From a virus (lineage: Duplodnaviria; Heunggongvirae; Uroviricota; Caudoviricetes): DNA of 64,000 nucleotides. Below are positions 8,907-15,864 of the stretch, one piece after another. The notes beneath the pieces are model-generated. The model was not told the origin of the DNA and searched no databases. It was given only the letters and a program-made list of their open reading frames with translations. Every line of letters begins with the position of its first letter. The stretch's first letter is position 1. The position numbers and the translations under genes were made by a program. The DNA is taken from the IMG/VR virus record IMGVR_UViG_3300026980_000004; one strand, written 5' to 3'.

Positions 8907-9012
8907 CAAAGTTAATTAACTTTTTTAGAATACAAAACATTTATTTAAATTTTTTTCAAAAAAAAATCCCCAGAAACTTTCTGAGGAATTTTAAATATCT
9001 AAATTGATTTAA
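8907..9012 (-). repeat. terminator-promoter repeat element
   Basis: hairpin 8967-8987; TAACTTTG -7 box at 8907-8914. Confidence 0.85.
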
Positions 9013-9540
9013 TTAAACTGTGTGATACTGAATTGCTTCTGCCAAATATTCCAGTTTAATTTCTTTTGAATTGTGCAATTGTGCAATTACTCTAGAAATT
9101 TGAATAATTGAATCTAATTTAATTAAATCAATATTATCTAACTTACTATATGCATTACTTAGTAACGCTCTACCTGCCTCGGATAATTTAAATTCAGGTA
9201 AAACATTTGATTTTGCTTCATTTGAACGTTTCACAACTAAATCAACACTCTCTGATATTCTATTTGAAATAATTTCAGAAATATGAGGAACTGAAATTTC
9301 AAGATTCAAATGAATTTTTTCCAAGTCTCTCAAGCCATACTCTTCTGTTGTAAAATCTACCTCATCAAATAATTCAGATAAGATAATTAAATCATTATCA
9401 GTCGGTTTCTTATCATCTACATTAGAAGCCTTGACCAAGCGAATTGTAAATCCACCTAGTAAGGCAATTTCGAATGCTCTAGACAAATGTGAGTACAATC
9501 CAGTAACATTGTCTCTGTCTAATAAAACTAAATTTCTCAT
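9013..9540 (-). CDS. truncated ComM/YifB (Mg-chelatase-related) protein lacking the P-loop
   Basis: N-terminal VTGL..LSRAFEIALLGG and C-terminal IIQISRVIAQL..SKEI..EYLAEAIQY resemble ComM/YifB segments; no GxxGxGK. Confidence 0.7.
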   Translation of the reverse strand: MRNLVLLDRDNVTGLYSHLSRAFEIALLGGFTIRLVKASNVDDKKPTDNDLIILSELFDEVDFTTEEYGLRDLEKIHLNLEISVPHISEIISNRISESVDLVVKRSNEAKSNVLPEFKLSEAGRALLSNAYSKLDNIDLIKLDSIIQISRVIAQLHNSKEIKLEYLAEAIQYHTV

Positions 9541-9575
9541 AATTAATTTGTTTAGGTTGGAAATGATTGAATGAT

Positions 9576-9657
9576 CAAATATACAAATAACATTGTGATA
9601 ATTAAAAAAATCCCCAGAAAATTTCTGAGGATTTTAAATCAATCAACTTAACCTTAA
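9576..9657 (-). repeat. terminator-promoter repeat element
   Basis: hairpin 9611-9631; TATATTTG at 9576-9583. Confidence 0.88.
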
Positions 9658-10019
9658 CTATCTAACCTTAATCTTTTCAATTCAATTGAAAAATTAAATG
9701 CACGTTCCATTGGTGTGGGTTCATTATCAATTTCACGGAATTCGGGTGTGAAATAACCATCATCAGTATAAATATTCTCATTTGTTTCCCCATTAAATTT
9801 ATTTAAAATAAATTCAATTTCAGGTGTTTTCGGTAAAATCAAATCTAACCAAACATATGAATAATTTTGTTTAAAAATTGACCAAGGAAATACCGTGTTT
9901 TCAATTACTCGAACATTGTTAGGGAATTGGTAAATGTCTCTTACTGTCGATCTATTTACATTAATAGATTCTATTGCTTCTGCTTTATTAAGCCACTCAT
10001 TGTAAGCTAAAGTATTCAT
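9654..10019 (-). CDS. hypothetical protein
   Basis: start moved to MNTLAY, downstream of the promoter at 10050. Confidence 0.7.
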   Translation of the reverse strand: MNTLAYNEWLNKAEAIESINVNRSTVRDIYQFPNNVRVIENTVFPWSIFKQNYSYVWLDLILPKTPEIEFILNKFNGETNENIYTDDGYFTPEFREIDNEPTPMERAFNFSIELKRLRLDS

Positions 10020-10049
10020 GTTAATATCGGTTAAATTTGATTTAATAAT

Positions 10050-10115
10050 CAAATATATAAATAACATTGTTAAAAACAAAAAAAATCCCCAGAAAATTTC
10101 TGAGGACTTTTAAAT
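10050..10115 (-). repeat. terminator-promoter repeat element
   Basis: hairpin 10086-10106; TATATTTG at 10050-10057. Confidence 0.9.
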
Positions 10116-10127
10116 ACATTGTTTATT

Positions 10128-10502
10128 TTAATTAATCCTAGCATTTATTGTAGCTACATTAATTAAATGTCCATCTACTTCAATTAAAACATCCGATGTA
10201 TATGCACTATATTTTTTACCTCCAATTGAAATATATCCATCCAGATGATATCCAGATTGTTTGGGGTTTGACAATGTACGGTTTCCAAAAATTTCTGTTT
10301 TAATTAATTTAGGAAACATACCAGACTTATCGTAGGTATTTGATATGCACAATGCCTTGTAAGACCGTACAATATTCCACGGTCCAACTGTCTCCATTGT
10401 TCCACGGATCTCATCCTGAGTTATATCAATACCCAGAATCTCACATTGTTCCTTGGTTAACTTAATTGAACCAGTTGGATTAAATACTTCAATAGCTTTC
10501 AT
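10128..10502 (-). CDS. hypothetical protein
   Basis: 124 aa; own promoter at 10540-10571. Confidence 0.75.
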   Translation of the reverse strand: MKAIEVFNPTGSIKLTKEQCEILGIDITQDEIRGTMETVGPWNIVRSYKALCISNTYDKSGMFPKLIKTEIFGNRTLSNPKQSGYHLDGYISIGGKKYSAYTSDVLIEVDGHLINVATINARIN

Positions 10503-10725
10503 AAATCACATTATTTAAGGTTAGAAATGACTGAATGATCAAATATAGCAATAACATTGTAATATTCCAAAAAAAATCAAATATTTTAATTACATTGTCT
10601 ACTTTAATTACGTAGTACATAATTAATTATACTAATTGTAATTAAAAATGTAACAATGTCTATAGTTGTAACTAATAACATTGTAAATATCCTATACGAT
10701 CTTTTTGATTTCATTTTATTTGAAT

Positions 10726-11034
10726 TTATTTTTTTAACCTATATAAAATATTTCTACCAGTTGGATTTGCACTTACCTGACTTTCAACCCATTTATCCTG
10801 AGACTTAATAAATGAATTAAATTGATTATCGGATATTCCGATCAAAACATTGTCGTACTCAACTGTGATCTTTTTTCGCTTATTTTCAAGCGAATTCCAC
10901 ACTGCCAAACATTGTTTATGCATAAATGAATTATCCAGATTAACTACATTGTCACCATCCAGATAATACCTAGATTCAACGTTATAACTAAATAACATTG
11001 TAACATTCTTGAAAGTATAAGACTTCTGCTTCAT
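10726..11034 (-). CDS. hypothetical protein
   Basis: 102 aa; own promoter at 11060-11089. Confidence 0.75.
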   Translation of the reverse strand: MKQKSYTFKNVTMLFSYNVESRYYLDGDNVVNLDNSFMHKQCLAVWNSLENKRKKITVEYDNVLIGISDNQFNSFIKSQDKWVESQVSANPTGRNILYRLKK

Positions 11035-11144
11035 TTTAACACGGGTTTAAAGTACAATCCAAATATAGCAATAACATTGTAATATACAAGCATATTAATC
11101 AAATTAATCCCAAAATACCGTAACAATGTTATTTAAATTTAAAT

Positions 11145-11175
11145 AAAAAACCCCTACCAGATTCCGATAGGGGTT
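11145..11175 (-). terminator. intrinsic terminator
   Basis: ACCCCTA...TAGGGGT stem followed by U-tract on the minus strand. Confidence 0.75.
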
Positions 11176-11183
11176 AAATTAAT

Positions 11184-11522
11184 TTAATTGGTTTCTAATT
11201 CGATTAACTTGGTTTCCTGTTTGCTATCCTGTTCGTTATCCGATAGCATCACATAAACCATTTTAAAAAATTCTTCATTCCAAAGCCTGTGCAACCTTGC
11301 TTTTTTGTTTACTGGGTTGCCTTCGAAATCCACCATATAAACGGTAATATTCCGATCGTGGTTTCTCGAATTAAATAGGATAGTATTGTAAATCTCAATA
11401 CTCCCAGATTCTAAATCGTATTTCTTTAAGAAACTGGCTTTTGCAGGAAAAACAAATCTCTCCCTGTGTTGCATTGAGTTAATTAACTCAATGAATTCAT
11501 TTAAATTAGATGGCTTTTGCAT
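11184..11522 (-). CDS. hypothetical protein
   Basis: probable start MQKPSN. Confidence 0.7.
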   Translation of the reverse strand: MQKPSNLNEFIELINSMQHRERFVFPAKASFLKKYDLESGSIEIYNTILFNSRNHDRNITVYMVDFEGNPVNKKARLHRLWNEEFFKMVYVMLSDNEQDSKQETKLIELETN

Positions 11523-11700
11523 GGCAAATACATGTTTGATTGAAACTGTATGCAATATATAAAGTAATATTTAAAAATCAAAATTTAATTTTAATAGAAT
11601 TTATCTATAATAACTAATTTTAATTACAACTAACGAGTAAATTTAGAATAATTCTAAATAATATTTATTTAAATTAATTTAAAAAATTTTCAATTATATG

Positions 11701-11731
11701 TTTGCAATTCAAATAAATTCAATTAACTTTG
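11701..11731 (+). promoter_or_regulatory. Bacteroidota-type primary sigma promoter
   Basis: TTTG-N19-TAACTTTG upstream of 11784; divergent from the minus-strand array. Confidence 0.8.
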
Positions 11732-11783
11732 TATCAATGATTGAAACGGTTTCAATCAGTGTTTAACCTTAATTATCTTAATT

Positions 11784-12161
11784 ATGGCAAATGCCTTAAA
11801 AACAGCGGACTTTAAAGCCTTGGTAGAAATGAGCAAGGCGGAATTGGCAATTGAATTCGTTTCAAATGCTGAAAAAATTGCAACTCTTAAAGCTAACCTT
11901 AAAAAGCTTGAGGAAAGAAATAGCCAAATTGAGGCTATTTTGTTACCCCAAATTGGGCTAAAATATCAGCCCAAAGATACAGACTTTATTTTGATGCCAA
12001 AGCTTGTCAAAGGGCGCAAAAGTACCTCATACGCTTCAATTGTTAAGGATGCACCCAAAGCTTGTAAACTTTCGGATACTCAAAAAGCCGTATTTGCGGA
12101 CTTGGTTTCTGAAAATACCAAGTTTGGCGAAGACAAAAAGACTATTCAAATTATTGAATAA
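11784..12161 (+). CDS. hypothetical coiled-coil protein
   Basis: 125 aa with its own promoter and terminator. Confidence 0.8.
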   Translation: MANALKTADFKALVEMSKAELAIEFVSNAEKIATLKANLKKLEERNSQIEAILLPQIGLKYQPKDTDFILMPKLVKGRKSTSYASIVKDAPKACKLSDTQKAVFADLVSENTKFGEDKKTIQIIE

Positions 12162-12167
12162 AATCTT

Positions 12168-12198
12168 AAAATCCCTTGCTTTTGTAAGGGATTTTTTT
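12168..12198 (+). terminator. intrinsic terminator
   Basis: AATCCCTTGC-TTTT-GTAAGGGATT then T-tract. Confidence 0.85.
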
Positions 12199-12351
12199 AT
12201 GATCCTATAAACTATAAATTAAGTTTAAACGTATAATTTAATAAAGTTAAATCAATTATTAAGTACGAAATTAACTCGTTAGTTTAAAAAAAGGGTTTAG
12301 TTCAACTAATTTTATTCATAACTAATGTCTAAAATATTAGTTCCAGAATAG

Positions 12352-12367
12352 TGTTCCACGTGAAACT
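12352..12367. promoter_or_regulatory. parS-like site
   Basis: TGTTCCACGTGAAACT: 15/16 match to the chromosomal parS consensus TGTTNCACGTGAAACA. Confidence 0.6.
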
Positions 12368-12720
12368 ATAAACATATGTTTTAAGTATGAAATTAACTTG
12401 TTAATTCAAATTATATATTTCGTTTAAACTAAAAATTAAATTTAAACTAATATCTAAAACTTTAGTTCTATTATTAAGTTGGTTAACTAAACTTTTTTAT
12501 TATATAAGTAGGTTGGAGTCTACTCGGTGCTACTCTTTTGAAGTATTACAGTAGTAAAGTTAATTAATTATTTTAAATAAAACAAAATAAATTTAATATT
12601 TTTTTTCTTGGTTAATTTTTTGGAATTGTCCAGGATTTTTATTAAGGAAAATTTTTTTTAAATTATTTTAAATATTTTCGCTCAATTGTTTTTTATTTAA
12701 ATTAATTTAATTACTTTTGA

Positions 12721-12860
12721 ATTGTCAATCGGGTTGGCATACGGCTAATTGAAGTATTGATGGGTGAACGGCACTCTTCCCTATATAACTAGGTGACAAT
12801 CCGAAGCGAAATAAAGGAAAAATTCGCAAGCCTATTTCAGGTATATAACTGATATAGCAA
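12721..12860 (+). ncRNA. putative structured leader/ncRNA
   Basis: after a TACTTTTG -7 box: ATTGTCA...TGACAAT closing stem around three hairpins, then two more hairpins; GC-rich relative to background. Confidence 0.5.
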
Positions 12861-12900
12861 TTCAATCAATTTATTTATTAACCTAAAAAAAAACTAGATT

Positions 12901-13854
12901 ATGAAAAATCTAAAAATTTCAAACAGCCTTGAAGACGTTTTAGCACCTGTTAATGCTGTTAATGCAAATAGTTTATTCAAAAATGAAACTATTGCATTGC
13001 CAAAAGGTTACGATAAAGCAATTGTTTCAGGTGACAAAGTTTATGGCTTTGTATCTGAAAATTTTGGTTTAATCAAACCAATGGATGCTTTCCAAACTTT
13101 CAGTGAAGAATTTGAAAAATTTGGTTTAGAATTCGAACCTGTTGGAAGAATCGATTCAAGAGGTAATTGGGAACTACGTTTCAAGTTCATGAATGAGGGA
13201 TATACTAAGCAAGTAGGCGATGAACTATTTGCTGCGTTATCATTTGGCGGTGGTCTTGCTGGATCAAGAAGTACATACCTTAACGATTTAGTATATCGGA
13301 AAGTATGTTCAAATGGAATGCACCGAATTGTTTCTGAAATATTAATGAATAAAGTACGGAACACAAAAAACAATCATGAACTAAAATTCGGAATTGATTT
13401 CGAAAAGCTTTTGCCATTGGTTGAAACTTTTGCAAATAATCACGATTACGTGCAAGAGCAAATTAAATTGCAGGATGCTGAATTGAAAAATGAGCATATT
13501 TTGCCATTCTTCTATGAGGCAACAAAAGGAACCAAGTTCCCAGAAAGCAAGTTTCAAACTGCATATGACAGAATGAAACTAGAAGCTTCGGAATTGGGGT
13601 ACACCAGTATGAATCGTTACCTTGCATTAGCAGGATTGAATTACATATTGGAGCATGATTCTATGGCTTTAGACCTAGTTTCAACTAGAGACATCGACCA
13701 AAAAATTATGGGCAATTCAGATTTAAATATCGGAATTGCGGTCAAAAATTTCAACCAGATAGTAAAAGCTGAAAACGAAAGAATCAGTTCATATCAGGCT
13801 GAAAATGATGGCAAATCGCCAAGAGGCAAGCGCAAAGTTTTGGAACTTGTCTAA
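12901..13854 (+). CDS. DUF932-family protein (paralog B)
   Basis: RKVCSNGM motif; long near-identical blocks with 7898..8854 (EHILPFFYEATKGT, AYDRMKLEASELGYT). Confidence 0.8.
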   Translation: MKNLKISNSLEDVLAPVNAVNANSLFKNETIALPKGYDKAIVSGDKVYGFVSENFGLIKPMDAFQTFSEEFEKFGLEFEPVGRIDSRGNWELRFKFMNEGYTKQVGDELFAALSFGGGLAGSRSTYLNDLVYRKVCSNGMHRIVSEILMNKVRNTKNNHELKFGIDFEKLLPLVETFANNHDYVQEQIKLQDAELKNEHILPFFYEATKGTKFPESKFQTAYDRMKLEASELGYTSMNRYLALAGLNYILEHDSMALDLVSTRDIDQKIMGNSDLNIGIAVKNFNQIVKAENERISSYQAENDGKSPRGKRKVLELV

Positions 13855-13862
13855 ACAAAATT

Positions 13863-13892
13863 AAGGCAAGGGATTTTTTCCCTTGCTTTTTT
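13863..13892 (+). terminator. intrinsic terminator
   Basis: AAGGCAAGGGA-TTTT-TTCCCTTGCTTT then T-tract. Confidence 0.85.
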
Positions 13893-14100
13893 ATTACCCA
13901 GACTAACTAAATATTATACCATCCCTTATTATTTAGTTCAGGTCCAATTGATCGCTGGATTAATGAAATTAATTTACTTTAATTATTTGCCTGAAATTAG
14001 CCGCATAGAGAAGCGCAATTATAAAAATGATATAAGACTATACCTGAAAATAAAAGTCTCTTAAACGGGCTTAAAATAGGCTTAAATATGATCAATGTTT

Positions 14101-14236
14101 TTACCCTACCCCCAGAACACCCCCATACCTATACCCCTAGTTCCCCCCACTAAATACCCCGTCAACTACCCCTTTAGATACCCCGTATCCCCCCCGTAGT
14201 CCCCCTGGGGTTTTAGTTGATTCTGAGGTGGGGGGC
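14101..14236. repeat. periodic C-tract (G-tract on minus strand) array
   Basis: about 10 runs of C3-C7, often TACCCC, mostly 8-14 nt apart, then GGGG and GGGGGG. Confidence 0.8.
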
Positions 14237-14580
14237 TACAGATTCAATGTTTGTATAAAAATTTTGGTATATATTTTTTTATCTAATCAAATATACGGTC
14301 TATAATTTTTTATATTTTTTTATAGTACTAAATATAAATATGTACAATATAGTATAACATAAATTCATATATTAAAATATCAACAATACAAATATTATAC
14401 AGAAATAAAATTTCAATTTTTTTATTGGGGACCCCCCTCCCTTTAAAACAAGGTTTGGTTAAAAAATATTTTTTTGGGAAAAATAGGGTCTGATCGGATT
14501 AATTTTCTATAAATTTTTATAGTTTTTTTGTTTTTTTTAAAAAATAACATGATATTTGTTTTAATGAATAAATTCATAAT

Positions 14581-15858
14581 ATGGAAAATAAATATTTATC
14601 ATTTGAGGAGGCTAGAGAATATGTTAGGGGTTTGGGGTTAAAATCTTATAATGAGTGGTTATTATATAAAAAGTCTGTAGATTTTAATAAGAGGTTGCCT
14701 AATAATCTTTATTATTATAAAAAGGAAAATGAGGATTTTAACATTGGTAGATTTTTGGGATATAAAAAAGAGATTATTATTAAATATGAAGATATTAGGG
14801 AATTTTTAATAAAAAATAATTTAGAAAAAATAGAGGATTGGTTAGATTTTAAAAGAAAATATAAGGGTACTGATAAATTACCTGAAAACATACCATTAAA
14901 TTTAGATGAATATATTAGGAAATTGGGTTTTAAAAGTTTTTATTCTTTTATAAAAAATAATAAAAATGGTAGATTTTTACCATTTGAGGAGGCTAGAGAA
15001 TATGTTAGGGGTTTGGGGTTAAAATCACATAATGAGTGGAGGAAATTTTCAAAATCAGATAAAAGACCAAAGAATATACCCTCAAGTCCAAACACTGTAT
15101 ATAAAAATGATGGATGGGTTGATATTGGGGATTGGTTGGGTTATAATTGTGTTAAATATTTGTCATTTGAGGAAGCGAGGGAATATGTTAAAAGTTTAAA
15201 TATTAAGAGTATTAAAGAATATAAAAAAATGGATATTGATAATATACCTAAATGTCCTGATATTGTTTATAAAGACAAAGGATGGATTAATTGGAGAACT
15301 TGGTTATTTGGTGAATATGTTTCATATGAAAATGCGAAAAAATTTGGAAATTCTTTAAATTTAAAAACAAGAAATGATTGGATTCAAGCTAAAAAAGAAA
15401 ATAAAATACCTTTAAATATACCTCAAAATCCCGATAAATTTTATAAAAAAACAGGTGAATGGGAAAATTGGACAACATTTCTTGGAGATAGGTATAATGA
15501 TGTTGTTGGATATGATTTTATGCCATTTTATGTGTTTATGTCATTTAAAGAGGCTTGTGATTATGTTAGAAAATTAGATTTAAGAAATGAAAAAAATTGG
15601 AGAAAATATAAAAAATCTGGTAATAAACCAATTAATTTACCTGCACATCCAGACAGAACATATAAATCTGAGTGGATATCATGGCCTCATTTCTTATGTT
15701 ATAAATTTCCAAATGCAGATTTAATGTTTAGTTATTGTATTAAAAATGGTATTGATAGTTCTGAGAAGTATTATGAGCATTGGTTGAATAATCCTGGTTG
15801 TGGATTGCCCTATAATCCAATTACTTATTATAATTTAAGGGAAGTTGAAAAACTGTAA
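14581..15858 (+). CDS. protein of tandem integrase-repeat-like (INT_rpt-like) units
   Basis: repeated (Y/F)LSFEEAREYVRGLGLKS..EW...P..P...YK..GW..W.DWLG units. Confidence 0.8.
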   Translation: MENKYLSFEEAREYVRGLGLKSYNEWLLYKKSVDFNKRLPNNLYYYKKENEDFNIGRFLGYKKEIIIKYEDIREFLIKNNLEKIEDWLDFKRKYKGTDKLPENIPLNLDEYIRKLGFKSFYSFIKNNKNGRFLPFEEAREYVRGLGLKSHNEWRKFSKSDKRPKNIPSSPNTVYKNDGWVDIGDWLGYNCVKYLSFEEAREYVKSLNIKSIKEYKKMDIDNIPKCPDIVYKDKGWINWRTWLFGEYVSYENAKKFGNSLNLKTRNDWIQAKKENKIPLNIPQNPDKFYKKTGEWENWTTFLGDRYNDVVGYDFMPFYVFMSFKEACDYVRKLDLRNEKNWRKYKKSGNKPINLPAHPDRTYKSEWISWPHFLCYKFPNADLMFSYCIKNGIDSSEKYYEHWLNNPGCGLPYNPITYYNLREVEKL

Positions 15859-15864
15859 TTATTT

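Noticed and set aside
5606-10079. Hydrophobic N-terminal extensions (MFLIFF..., MFLKLY..., MFLTML...) as signal peptides
   Set aside because: They are translations of the repeated promoter element; the real starts lie downstream of the -7 box.
840-10115. Repeated palindromic element read as a CRISPR array or integron attC sites
   Set aside because: The repeats are separated by whole genes (0.4-3.4 kb), not short spacers. They lack attC RYYYAAC/GTTRRRY ends, no cas or integron integrase is present, and a terminator plus promoter explains them fully.
14581-15858. Integrase / prophage marker
   Set aside because: Only repeat units are present, with no tyrosine- or serine-recombinase catalytic domain.
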